The position numbers and the translations under genes are program-made. Below the pieces are notes generated by a model. The model was not told where the DNA came from, searched no databases, and saw only the letters and a list, made by a program, of their open reading frames with translations. This document shows positions 21,619 to 32,487 of a stretch of 64,000 nucleotides of DNA, piece after piece. The first letter of the stretch is position 1; each line of letters begins with the position of its first letter. The stretch comes from Candidatus Krumholzibacteriota bacterium (GTDB lineage Bacteria > Krumholzibacteriota > Krumholzibacteriia > JAJRXK01), in assembly GCA_963764625.1 (NCBI GenBank), contig CAVXTH010000005.1, positions 1 through 64,000 of the forward strand. The letters run 5' to 3'.

Positions 21619-23265
21619 ATGACCCCGCAAGACAACGAGGCTCAGCAGCCCGAGAATCCAGCCGTGCCCGAAGACGCCACCGGGGCGAGCGAAACTAACG
21701 CTGAGACTCAACCGGAATCGCCGTCGAGGAGCGAGGAGACGCAAGCGAGTACCGAGGAGAGCGCTCCCAAGCCGAAGCGAGCGAGAGCGAGCGCCAAGAA
21801 GAGCCCACCGAAAGAAAAGGAGCCCGAAGCTCCCGCTGAGATCGCGGCGACCCCTGCGGTGGAGATGAGCGCAGCCGAGCCCGAGAAGGAAGCCCTCACC
21901 GCGGAAGCGCCCTCCACCGAGGCCGCTTCCATCGAGCCTACCGCGAGCGATTCCGAGTCCGACTCTAAAGAAGAGCAAAAGACCGATCCCAAACTCGCGG
22001 AGGCCATGAAGAACTCCGTGACGAAAATCGAGCCTCCGCTGCGAACCGGCAAGCGAATCAAAGTCACTCTGGTACAAGTCGGCGAGAAGGACAGCTTCGT
22101 CGATTTCGGCGGACGGTCGGAGGGTACGATTGCCACTAGCGAGCTGAAGAACGAAAAAGAGGAATTGAAGTACAACGTCGGCGATGAGATCAGCGCGGTG
22201 GTCCGCAAGACCGGCGACACTCCCGTTTTCACGGTGGGCCGCCGTCGCGTTCCCGCGAATCTCGGCAAGGCCAAGGAAGCGTTCGAGCAACAGATTCCGC
22301 TGGAAGGCAAAGTCAAGTCGACGAACAAGGGCGGATTCGAGGTCGACCTGCACGGCGTGCGCGCGTTTTGTCCCTACAGCCAGATTCAGCTGGGTTACTG
22401 CGACAAGCCGGAAGAGTACGTGGGCAAGCGCCTTCCGTTCATGATCGTCACCTTCGAGCGCGGGGGCCGCAACATCGTGGTGAGCCGCAAGAATCTCTTG
22501 GCAAAGGAGCGCAAGGAAGCGGCGGAGAATCTGCTCGAGAACATCGAAGTCGGCGCCGTCTTCGACGGGACCATACGCCGGCTGCAGCCCTACGGAGCGT
22601 TCGTCGACATCGGTGGCCTCGACGGCCTGGTTCACGTCAGCGAAATTTCTCACGGACGCGTCATGAATCCTCAGGACGTACTTTCACTGGGACAGGAAGT
22701 CAAAGTCAAGGTCATCAAGATCGAAGGCGAGGGCAGCAAACAACGCATCAGCCTCTCCATGAAAGAGCTCGAGGGAGATCCCTGGAAGGAAGTCGCGGAA
22801 AAATATCCCGAGGGTTCCACCGTCAACGGAAAAGTGGTGCGACTGGCCGACTTCGGCGCCTTCGTGGAACTCGAAGCCGGTGTGGACGGTCTCATCCACG
22901 TCTCGGAGATCGCGCTGGAACACATCGATCACCCCAGCAGCAAATTGCAGAGAGGCCAGGAGCTTCAGGTGCGGGTGATCAAGGTTGATCCCGAGCAGCG
23001 GCGCATCTCGCTGAGCCTTCTGAGCGAGGAAGAGGCCGAGCAGGCGCACTCTCGCCCGCCGCGCGGCGAGCGAGAGGCGGCCGAAGGAAGCGATCGAAGC
23101 TACCGGGGTGGCCGCCACTCGGGAGGCGGTCGCGAGCGGGACGACATCATGCAGCATCATCGCTCCTCCACTCCGGAGGACGATTCGGAGCCGCAGCCGG
23201 ACCTGACCAAGATACCCTTCGAGGATGCCCTCGAAGCTCTGAAGAGCAAGTTCCGGGGAGACTGA
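21619..23265 (+). CDS. Ribosomal protein S1-like protein (4 S1 domains, long acidic N-terminal tail)
   Basis: FVDFGGRSEG, GGFEVDL, YGAFVDIGGLDGLVHVSEI, FGAFVELEAGVDGLIHVSEI. Confidence 0.88.
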   Translation: MTPQDNEAQQPENPAVPEDATGASETNAETQPESPSRSEETQASTEESAPKPKRARASAKKSPPKEKEPEAPAEIAATPAVEMSAAEPEKEALTAEAPSTEAASIEPTASDSESDSKEEQKTDPKLAEAMKNSVTKIEPPLRTGKRIKVTLVQVGEKDSFVDFGGRSEGTIATSELKNEKEELKYNVGDEISAVVRKTGDTPVFTVGRRRVPANLGKAKEAFEQQIPLEGKVKSTNKGGFEVDLHGVRAFCPYSQIQLGYCDKPEEYVGKRLPFMIVTFERGGRNIVVSRKNLLAKERKEAAENLLENIEVGAVFDGTIRRLQPYGAFVDIGGLDGLVHVSEISHGRVMNPQDVLSLGQEVKVKVIKIEGEGSKQRISLSMKELEGDPWKEVAEKYPEGSTVNGKVVRLADFGAFVELEAGVDGLIHVSEIALEHIDHPSSKLQRGQELQVRVIKVDPEQRRISLSLLSEEEAEQAHSRPPRGEREAAEGSDRSYRGGRHSGGGRERDDIMQHHRSSTPEDDSEPQPDLTKIPFEDALEALKSKFRGD

Positions 23266-23298
23266 CGCGTCCCCTTTTTGGACCGGCCGCTCCCCTAG

Positions 23299-23829
23299 TC
23301 ACTTCTCCCCGGCTGAGGGCGCATCCTTGAACAGCTGATCTCTCGCGGGGATCTTGGCTTCGACCTCTGCGAGAACCTTACGGGCCAGTGCGAGCGCCGC
23401 GTCGGAGTTCAGATCGGCCGGGTCCAGGTCCATTCCCAGCGATCCGATCAAATCGCCTTTCGCATCGTGAAGGGCGAGCGTGACCTCGTACTCCGGTTCG
23501 TCTTTCGAGGGCATTTCGAGATCGGGTTCAGCCTGCTTCATCGCGCCTAACTCGTCGCCACCGCAGAGTTCGTCCAGGTCCTCCTCGTCGGTGGCGGCGA
23601 TCGTGCGACAGGTGTCGTCCAACACAACCGCCATTTCCATTCCGCTCAGCTCGGCATGGGCCGCGACAGTGGTGTCGACCAGCCACTGGGCGTAGGGGGC
23701 CGGCGGAGTCCGCACGTACTCCGACTCGTGTTCTTCCTGAGACTCGGTCGCTTCTCCGCTCTCGGTCTGCGCCAGGACTGGTCCCGCCAGCAGGAGCAGG
23801 GCGAGCGCGCTCCACAGGATGGTCTTCAT
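23299..23829 (-). CDS. Secreted acidic hypothetical protein
   Basis: MKTILWSALALLLLAGPVLAQ signal peptide; GGAGGAG SD before ATG 23829. Confidence 0.75.
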   Translation of the reverse strand: MKTILWSALALLLLAGPVLAQTESGEATESQEEHESEYVRTPPAPYAQWLVDTTVAAHAELSGMEMAVVLDDTCRTIAATDEEDLDELCGGDELGAMKQAEPDLEMPSKDEPEYEVTLALHDAKGDLIGSLGMDLDPADLNSDAALALARKVLAEVEAKIPARDQLFKDAPSAGEK

Positions 23830-24079
23830 GGGTCTCCTCCGTGAGAGTGTGGTTCCGAAGAGCTCAGCGAGGGTCACTCGCTCTTCATCGGGCGCCAATC
23901 TACGAAATCGAAGCTGACAGGGGGCTAACAGCTTTCCGTGCGCAGGAGCGAGAAGATTCGAGCGCCCAAGCACGAACCGTTATACTCCTGTCAGGAAGCG
24001 AAGAGTATCTTCTGCCACTTTCCCCTGCTCCGAGTCGATTCCTCGGTCCCGGGAGCATCTCGAATCGGACCGGCAAGCC

Positions 24080-24748
24080 ATGCGAATCCTGGTGATCGAG
24101 GACGACAGCCAACTCTCGAGCATCCTGCAAAGGGGTTTCGAGGAGGAAGGCATCCACGTGAGTCTGGCGTGCGATTTCGATGACGGCCTGTCGCAAGCAC
24201 TCCTGGCTGAATTCGATGTCATCGTGCTCGATCTCATGCTTCCCGGAGGGAGCGGCTTCGATCTCTGCCGACATTTGAGAAAGGAGGGCATTACGACCCC
24301 CATCCTCATGCTGACGGCTCGCGCCGCGGTCGATGATCGCGTCAGGGGGCTGGAAGAAGGAGCCGACGACTATCTCACCAAGCCTTTCGCGTTCCGCGAG
24401 CTCTTCGCGCGGGTGCGAGCCTTGGCTCGCCGCCCCTCGGCATTGGCGGAGGATGTCTTCGAGCTCGAGGATCTGCGGGTCGATCTTCGCAGCCGGCGCG
24501 TGGAGCGCAGTGGCCGGGCGATCAGACTCTCGACCAAGGAATGGGATCTGTTGGAATTCTTCGTGCGCCGAGTCGACACCGTGGTCGATCGCGCGAGCAT
24601 CTCAGCCTACGTATGGGATGAGAATCACGACCCATTCTCCAACGTTCTCGAAGTGCTCATAGGACGTTTACGGCGCAAGATCGACGATGGCTTCGAGCCG
24701 AAGCTGATCCATACCTTGCGAGGGGCCGGATACAGGTTGGGCGTGTAA
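24080..24748 (+). CDS. OmpR-family response regulator (CusR/CzcR-like)
   Basis: ILVIEDD, LDLMLPG, GADDYLTKPFAF, IHTLRGAGY. Confidence 0.95.
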   Translation: MRILVIEDDSQLSSILQRGFEEEGIHVSLACDFDDGLSQALLAEFDVIVLDLMLPGGSGFDLCRHLRKEGITTPILMLTARAAVDDRVRGLEEGADDYLTKPFAFRELFARVRALARRPSALAEDVFELEDLRVDLRSRRVERSGRAIRLSTKEWDLLEFFVRRVDTVVDRASISAYVWDENHDPFSNVLEVLIGRLRRKIDDGFEPKLIHTLRGAGYRLGV

Positions 24749-26013
24749 TGGAGGCATTGAAACGGCTCAGAATTCAGCTCACCGCCTGGTACATCGGCGT
24801 CTTCGCAATCGTATTGCTGGCATTCGGAGCGGCGCTGTTTTCAGTTCTCAACCACCAGATTTCACGTCGTATGGATCAGTCGCTGCAGAAGACCGCCGAC
24901 CAGATGATGCAGGCGTTCGTCGCTGGAGATCAGCAGCGAAACGAGGGTCTCGAGCAAGCCGACGGCCTCGCGGATCTCCGGAGTTCCGGCCGCACTCTGT
25001 ATCTGTTCGATGCACAGGGGGCCCTGGTGCATCCGGACACCGCCGGCGTGTGGATACGAAGCCTGGCCACCGAGGCACGAGAGCACGGACGCCTGGTGAG
25101 AGAGCATGAGTTTCCCAACGAGGTGAGTTGGCGCGCGCTGGCCCGTCCCTTCACCCTTCCCGGAGATCGAGCCTACGTTGCGGTGGTCAGCGCCAGAGTG
25201 GTGGAGCTGGACGATGAATACGCGGGTTTGCTCTTGGCCTTCATCTTGGCTGCCCTTGCCGCCCTGGCCGCGGTGGGGTTCGGTGGTTGGTTGGTGGCCC
25301 GGCGCTCCACCGAGCCAATCCGCGATTCCCTGCAGCGCATGCGTGAGTTCATGGCCGATGCCGCCCATGAGCTCCGCACCCCCGTCGCGGTGGTAGAAGG
25401 ACACTCGGAGGTGGCCCTGAGGCGCCCGCGAACGACCGATGAATACGCCGAGGTGCTGACCTCGATCCACGCGGAGGCAACCCGGCTGGGTGGCATCCTG
25501 GAGAACCTCCTCACCATCGCCCGAGCGGATGCCCAGGCTTGGCCAGTTCACCTGGAGTCGCTCTTCTTGGATGATCTGCTCGTCGACGTGACCGCCAATG
25601 CGCAGGTCGTCGCGGAAGCGAAGGGAGTCACCGTGGATTTGGTGGCACTGGATGAGCTGCCGGTACGGGGTGATCCCGATCTTCTGCGTCAGCTCGTGAT
25701 GATCCTCCTGGATAACGCAGTGAAGTTCTCTCCGGACGGTGCGCAAGTCGTCGTGGCCGCGCGGCGTCAGAACCGTGAGGCGCGCTTCACGGTAGAAGAC
25801 CAAGGCCCGGGAATCGATCCCGAGATTCTTCCCCACGTTTTCGACCGCTTCTACCGGGGCGACAGAGCGCGAAGTCGCGCCACGGGTGCCGGATTGGGCC
25901 TCTCCATCGCCAGTTGGATCGCTGAGGTACACGACGCCACCATCACCATCGACACGCAGCCCGCGAAAGGAACGCGTCTGACCGTGACCTTTCCTCTGGA
26001 GGAAATCTCGTGA
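24748..26013 (+). CDS. Sensor histidine kinase
   Basis: Two TM segments; FMADAAHELRTP, LLDNAVKF, DQGPGI, FDRFYR, GAGLGLSI. Confidence 0.95.
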   Translation: MEALKRLRIQLTAWYIGVFAIVLLAFGAALFSVLNHQISRRMDQSLQKTADQMMQAFVAGDQQRNEGLEQADGLADLRSSGRTLYLFDAQGALVHPDTAGVWIRSLATEAREHGRLVREHEFPNEVSWRALARPFTLPGDRAYVAVVSARVVELDDEYAGLLLAFILAALAALAAVGFGGWLVARRSTEPIRDSLQRMREFMADAAHELRTPVAVVEGHSEVALRRPRTTDEYAEVLTSIHAEATRLGGILENLLTIARADAQAWPVHLESLFLDDLLVDVTANAQVVAEAKGVTVDLVALDELPVRGDPDLLRQLVMILLDNAVKFSPDGAQVVVAARRQNREARFTVEDQGPGIDPEILPHVFDRFYRGDRARSRATGAGLGLSIASWIAEVHDATITIDTQPAKGTRLTVTFPLEEIS

Positions 26014-27316
26014 GGTCGAAGCTCACCGGTTGGATCCTGCGAGCGCCAAGCCTCGCCGTGCTTGCGGTGATCGCGATTTCGTCGAACTTCCCCGCGCCAT
26101 CGCGGGCACGGGCCACAGAAGAAGCGCTGGTTCCTTTGACCCTGGACGCGGCGCTGCGCGAAGCACGCCAGGCCAACGCGGAGCTCCCCCTGGCGCAGTT
26201 CGAGCTCACTGCGGCCGAGGCCCAAGCCAAGCAGGCTCGCGGGCGCTTTTTCCCCACGCTTTCCCTGGAGGGTGACCTCCACGACGGTGCCCCCCAACGC
26301 TACGCCAGCGGGGATGCCCTCCTGGCCGTCTTCGCACGAGTCCCGCTGTACGCAGGCGGTGAACTCCGAGCCGAGCGCGCGCGCAGTGAGGCGATGGTGG
26401 AGGCGCAGGGAGCGGGGTATAAGATGGCCGTGCGCGAAGTGGATTACAAAGTGCGAGTGAGCTTCGACCGCGTGGTGCGAGCCAGGTCCAGCCTCGAATT
26501 TCGACGCCACGCGGTGGCCCGTTTGAACGCCTATCTCTCGCTCGTGCAAGCTCGCCTTGCGTCTGGACAGGGAGTTGGCGCGGATGTCCTTCTGGCAAAA
26601 CAGCGGTTGGCGACTGCGCGCGCGGACACGGCCACCGTCACTCGCGATCTCGATGAAGCGCTCCTGACGCTCAATGACTTACTGGGTCGCGATCCGACCG
26701 CGCCACTGACATTGGCCTCATTGCCAGATCCGGCGCCTCCGCAGGATCCCGACGGACAGCCATGGCTCGCCGCGCCTGATCTACAGCGGGCGAATGCGGA
26801 GGTACAAGCGGCGCAGAGCGATCTGAACGCAACCCGTGCCGGCCGAAGACCGCACATCGATCTCGAGGCCAACGCGGGGGTGGAGCCGGTGCTGGGCACT
26901 CTGGATGCGCCGCTCAATACGGGCAGAGATTGGGGCTCGGAAGATCACTCTATGGTTCCGCCTGCCGCTCTGGGACCGAGGGGTTCACGAGGGCCGAATG
27001 CAGGAGGCCAGCTACCTCGCTCCTGCAGGCGAAGCAGCGGGAGACGGTCACCCGACGCTCCGCAAACCTGGCTTGGTCCCGCGCCTCTTCCAATCTGAGC
27101 AACCTGTACGCGGAACTGGAAGCTCGGGAGGATGCCGCGAACATCGCTCGGGATGCGTACCTCCAGACGGAGAGTCTCTACCGTGGCGGCCAGAGCCGCG
27201 CATTGGAAGTGTTGGACGCCTACGACGCCTGGATCCAGGCCGCGCAGGACCGGCTCGATGCGATCTACGCCTATCGCGTCGCGCAGGCAGAACTTCAGCG
27301 TTGGGGGAAACCGTGA
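26010..27316 (+). CDS. TolC-family outer-membrane factor, two apparent frameshifts (~26941, ~27016)
   Basis: LTLDAALREA, RVPLYAGG; continues as FRLPLWDRG, then LYRGGQSRALEVLDA...RWGKP* in successive frames. Confidence 0.8.
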
Positions 27317-28335
27317 GCTGTCTCTTGCAACTTTCCTGGCGATCGCAGGTGAGGGTTTTCGGACTCGTCCTGGGTATCTGCGGAATCTTTGTGGCCTGTG
27401 CCGACAAAGCGGAGGAAGCGGCGCCCCCGGCCAATGCTTCCCAGACCCCGCCCCCAACCGCGGTGCCGGTCCATGCCCTAGAGGTGACTCGGGCGAATCT
27501 CGACGTACTCGTCACGGCTCCCGGTCATACCGAGGCCCTGCGACAGGACCGCGTGCGTTCGCCGTTTGCGGCTCGCCTCGTTTCGCTACGTACTCTCGAC
27601 GGTGACCGGGTTCTCGCGGGACAAGTCGTCGCGGAAGTGCTCTCCAAGAACAGCGAAGCAGAGCTCCGCGGTGCGCAGGGCATGCTCGCGGACGCCGCTA
27701 GCGCCGCCGACTCGATCGACGCACGACAAGCCATTGCGTTGGCGCAACATGGTCAAATACGCCAAACACTGTCCGCGCCGGCCGCTGGAGTCGTTTTGTC
27801 TCACGCCGCCGTTCCTGGCGACTACGTGGAGGAAGGCGAGGTATTGCTCACGATCGCCGAAGAGGGAGCGGTCGTCTTCGCGGCTCAGGTGTCCCAGGGT
27901 GAATTGGCTGGCATCAAGCCTGGACAGTCCTGCACGGTCGAAATACCGGCGGCGGGAAAAATCGTGGGTGCCACCGTACACGGCGTGCTGCCCACCGCGT
28001 CGAGCAACAACCTCAGCGCTCCGGTGCGCCTAGATTTCGATTCCACTTCCCTCGCCCTCACGGTGGGGCTTTTCGGAACCGCGAGCATCGTCGTGAATCG
28101 TCACGAGAATGCCACCGTGGTTCCCCGCGCGGCCCTCTTGCGCGACGATGTCGGCGGCCAGAATCAGATCGCACTGGTGCAAGACGGAGTGGCGCATTGG
28201 CTCGCGGTGAAAACGGGAATCATCCAGAATGAGCTGGTGGAGATCACGAGTCCGCCCCTGAAGCCAGGGGTACAGGTGATCACTGAGGGACAGGTGGGTC
28301 TTCCCGAGGGCGCGCACGTGCAGGTGACCCCTTGA
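27313..28335 (+). CDS. RND periplasmic adaptor (MFP)
   Basis: GTGA overlap with TolC; IFVAC lipobox; DGDRVLAGQVV, LSAPAAGVV. Confidence 0.85.
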   Translation: MSCLLQLSWRSQVRVFGLVLGICGIFVACADKAEEAAPPANASQTPPPTAVPVHALEVTRANLDVLVTAPGHTEALRQDRVRSPFAARLVSLRTLDGDRVLAGQVVAEVLSKNSEAELRGAQGMLADAASAADSIDARQAIALAQHGQIRQTLSAPAAGVVLSHAAVPGDYVEEGEVLLTIAEEGAVVFAAQVSQGELAGIKPGQSCTVEIPAAGKIVGATVHGVLPTASSNNLSAPVRLDFDSTSLALTVGLFGTASIVVNRHENATVVPRAALLRDDVGGQNQIALVQDGVAHWLAVKTGIIQNELVEITSPPLKPGVQVITEGQVGLPEGAHVQVTP

Positions 28336-28350
28336 ACGCCTACGGAAGTC

Positions 28351-31300
28351 ATGCGGCGACGTCCGGCAGCCGTGTTCGGACTTCTTCTCGTGCTGGCGAC
28401 GGCAGGGATCTTCATGCTGACCCGTATGCCCTCCGCGATCTTTCCCTCGGTGACGTTTCCACTGGTGAAGATCATCGCGGATGCCGGTGAAGAGCCTGCC
28501 GCCCGCATGATGCCCACCGTCACTCGCCCACTCGAGGAGGCGGTTCGGCGCGTGCCCGGGGTCATCCGGGTTCGTTCCATCACTTCCCGCGGCTCCTCGG
28601 AATTGTCGGCAGAATTCCGGTGGGGCACGAACATGCGAGCTGCCATCGAGCGTATGCGGGGAGAGACCGAGCGCATCAAGCCCGACCTCCCGCCGGATAC
28701 CCGAGTCGAAGTGGAGTGGATGAACACGGCGATCTTTCCGATTCTGGGCTATGCGCTCACTTCCGACACCCTCACGCAGTCGCAACTCTGGAACCTGGCC
28801 GAGTATTCGCTCAAACCGGCTCTGCTCGACATCGACGGGGTCTCCCGTATCGAAGTCCAGGGCGGGCGCCGACGTGAGTTTCAAATCCGCCTGAACGACA
28901 GCGCCCTCCAGGGACGTAGGACTGTCGGCCGCCGAAGTGGTGAACGCGGTACGCGAAAACAACGACGTGCTCTCCGCCGGACTGGTCGAACAGAACCATG
29001 AACTGTATCTGGCCCTGGTGACCGGTCGGGTGCACGACCTCGCGACTCTGTCCCGCATTTCGATTCCCATTCCCGACGGCCCTCCGGCGACTCTCGCTGA
29101 ATTGGGCCAGCTATCGGTCGACGACGAGGTTTCCTACGTTCGTACCACGGCCAACGGAAAGCCCGCGGTTCTCCTCAACATCATCCGTCAGCCAACCGCC
29201 AACACGGTCGCCATCGAGAGAGACATCCGGCAACTCCTTCACGATCACCCGCGCCTTTTGCCCAGCGGCGTGTCCTGGACCTCGTTCTACGATCAGGCGC
29301 GCTTCGTGTCGGATTCGGTAACGGGCACGAAGTCGGCCATTCTGATCGGAGTGTTACTCGCGGCGGTCGTGCTCTTTGCTTTCCTCAGACGCTGGCGCAG
29401 CACTCTGGTGGCCTCCGCGGCCATCCCGATCACGGTCGCCATCATGGGCATTACCCTCGGCGCCGCTCACCAGACCCTCAATCTCATGACGCTGGCGGGA
29501 ATCGCTGCCGCACTGGGTCTGATCGCCGATGACGCCATCGTCGTGCTGGAGGACATCGAGAGACACCGTGATGCGGGACACGCCGATCCGGTCGGCACCT
29601 CGCTCCGCGAGCTGATGCCCGCACTCATCGGCTCCAGCGTGGCCACCGTCATCATTTTCGTTCCGTTTTCCCTCTTGCCCGGCATCACCGGAGCCTTCTT
29701 CAAGCCACTGGCACTGACCATGGCCTTGGCTCTCACCATTTCCTTCTTCATCGCGGCCGTCGCCGCGCCGATGGGCCTACAAGTGTTGGAGCGAGGAAAT
29801 GCTCCCTCGCTGCCTTCTCTCTCCCCTGCGGACAGCAAGCGGGAGAATCGCGAGTCGGATCCGAAGCGAGGACTGGGCCGAGGGCTTGATCGGAGCTACT
29901 CCCAGGTGGCGGGGCTGTTCATCGAGCATGGGTGGGTCGCGGCCTTCAGCTTGGTCGTGCTTCTGACCGGAGCGGTGCTGCTCTACCGGCACATCGGCAC
30001 GGACTTCCTGCCGGCAATGGACGAGGGCTCGATCATCCTGGACTACTGGACGCCGCCGGGCACTTCCCTCACCGACACGGACAAGATGCTCCAAGAGGTG
30101 GAAAAGGTCATTCTCTCCACCCCCGACGTCGAGAGTTACTCGCGCCGCACGGGAACTCAGCTCGGTTTCTTCATCACCGAGCCCAACGCCGGAGACTATG
30201 TGATCAATCTCAAATCGCACGGACATCGTCGCGCTTTGGACGAAGTTGCCAATGATTTGCGCGACCGCATTGCCCAAGTGGAGCCGGCAGTGCACACGGA
30301 CTTTGGCCAGATTCTGGAAGACGACATCGGTGACCTGACCGGCGGAGAGCCTCAGCCCATCGACATCAAGATCTTCGGTGAAGATCCCTCCCTCCTGGAA
30401 AGCAAAGCCAAACAGATCGCCAAGATCGTGGCCGATGTGCGCGGCGTCGAGGACACCTTCGACGGCATTGTCGTGGCTGGACCGGCCCTCGAGATAAGGG
30501 TGAAGCCGGAAGCAGCCGCGCGCTACGGAATCACCACACAGGATCTCCACGCGGAAGTGGAACCCGCGATACTGGGAACCGTGGCCGGCCAGATTCAAGT
30601 GGGCGACCGCATGCACGATGTCAGGGTGCTCTTGCCCCACGAAGGGATCCTCGACGATCTACGCATCCGCGCGGGCACGGCTCTTCTTCCCCTGCGTGAG
30701 GTCGCAACCATTCGAACTGGACTCCCCGAAACCGAGATCGACCGGGAGAACCTCAAGACTTACGTCGGAGTGACCGCCCGCATCTCCGGCCGCGATCTGG
30801 GAAGCACGGTCGCCGAAATCCGCCGCCGGATCGACCGGGAAGTGGAACTGGGAGTTGGCATGTCCATTCGCTACGGGGGGCAGTACGAGCAGCAGCAGCA
30901 GTCTTTTCGTGACTTGCTCTACCTGATGCTCGCGGGGCTGGTCCTGGTTTCCCTGGTCATCCTGTTTGCCTTCGGCGACTGGCGCGCGCCTCTGGTCGCC
31001 TCGTTGGCCGCCGTCGCCTCTTTGGCCGGCGCATTGGGCGCGCTCGCTCTGACGGGTCAGACACTCAATATCTCCAGCTACGTCGGGGCCATCATGATGG
31101 TGGGACTCGTGGGCGACAACGTCATGTTCGCGATCAACGAGGCCAAGTTGGGACTGGAAGAGGGTCTCTCGTCGAAAGTGGCCTGGCACAGGGTCGCGCG
31201 ACGGCGACTGCGCCCCATGGCCATGACCATTTTCGCCACTGGATTCGCCCTGGCTCCCCTGGCCCTGGCTCTGGGTCAGGGCGCCCAACTCATCCAGCCG

Positions 31301-31422
31301 TTGGCGATCGCGGTGATCGGTGGCTTCACCCTGTCGGGACCGATCGTGCTGTTTCTCTTGCCGGGCTGTACCGGTGGCTGGATCCGCACGGGAAATTGGG
31401 CGAAGCAGCCTGGCCAGCCTGA
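28351..31422 (+). CDS. RND permease (CzcA/AcrB-like), apparent frameshifts at ~28918 and ~31365
   Basis: IFPSVTFP, GLIADDAIVVLE, FLPAMDEGS, RRLRPMAMT; natural end LYRWLDPHGKLGEAAWPA* at 31420-31422 in a shifted frame. Confidence 0.85.
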
Positions 31423-31456
31423 ATTGAATGCAGGGACCAAGAGACGGAATTTCGTA

Positions 31457-32467
31457 TCAGCCGAGCAGCTCGCGCAGAATCCGCTTCCCGTAGACCCCCA
31501 CGATTCTCCGGCGGTACTTGGAACTGAACCAAGTGTTCTTGTGCGGAGTGACGGCGGCGGAAAGGCGCTCGCCGAACGCGGTCAAAGCGTCTTCGTCGGG
31601 AAGCGTGCCCAGGAGGGCGGATCCTGCCTCGGAGTAGTCCAGCGGTGTCGGTGCCACCGCACCCACCACCACCCGCAGCAGTTCGAGTCGTCCCTTGGCG
31701 TCGCGGCGCAGCGCGATCGCCACTCCCGCGTCGGGAAAGTCGAGCGCATCGCGCGCGCGCAGCTTCATGTAGCCCGACAGCAGAGACTGGCTCTCCGGCG
31801 GAATCTCGACCGCCGCGATGATCTCGTCCCGCTTCTTGGTGTTGCGCCCGATGCCGTCCAGGTGCGCGCCGTCGTCCATGGTGTGCGCCGAGCCCGAGGG
31901 CAGAAAGAACTCCTCCAGCGAGACTCTCCGCTCACCCTTGGGTCCCACCAGATGCACGCGCGCGTCCAGGGCCCACAACACCGGGCCCAGATCGCCGCTG
32001 TAAGCGGCATAGCAAATCGAGGGGTTTGGTACCACGCGGCATTCCTCGGACTCTGCCTTCAGACACGAACCCAGAGCGCGGCGAAATTCCGGAGTCTGGT
32101 TGAACCAGTAGCAGCGCGTATCCACCAGCAGGTTCCCCCCCACCGTGGCCGTCTGGCGGATGAGAGGGCTCGCGATCTTGCGCACGGTTTGGGGGATCAC
32201 GGGGTGGGTGGCGGCGATCGCCGCGTCGCTCGCAAGCTCGCTCAAGTTGACTCCCCCGCCGATGCGGGTGGGAGACAGCTCCTTGAGCTCTGCGATATGG
32301 GTGAGACTGATGACTTCCTCTTTGGGATTCAGCTTGTTCTTGTAGTTGCAGAGAAGGTCGGTGCCGCCTCCGAGGAAATCGAAGTCCTGAAGTTCCTGGG
32401 TCAAAGCCAGAGCTTCCTTCAGGGACTTGGGCCGATGGAGCCGAAAGCTCGGAACGTACATGGTCAT
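31457..32467 (-). CDS. hcrB: 4-hydroxybenzoyl-CoA reductase-like beta subunit (FAD, extra [4Fe-4S] insert)
   Basis: GGGTDL, TATVGGNL followed by the four-Cys insert DTRCYWFNQ...SCLK...ECRV...ICYAAYSGD. Confidence 0.8.
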   Translation of the reverse strand: MTMYVPSFRLHRPKSLKEALALTQELQDFDFLGGGTDLLCNYKNKLNPKEEVISLTHIAELKELSPTRIGGGVNLSELASDAAIAATHPVIPQTVRKIASPLIRQTATVGGNLLVDTRCYWFNQTPEFRRALGSCLKAESEECRVVPNPSICYAAYSGDLGPVLWALDARVHLVGPKGERRVSLEEFFLPSGSAHTMDDGAHLDGIGRNTKKRDEIIAAVEIPPESQSLLSGYMKLRARDALDFPDAGVAIALRRDAKGRLELLRVVVGAVAPTPLDYSEAGSALLGTLPDEDALTAFGERLSAAVTPHKNTWFSSKYRRRIVGVYGKRILRELLG

Positions 32468-32487
32468 GAGCTAAGAATTCCTCTGGG

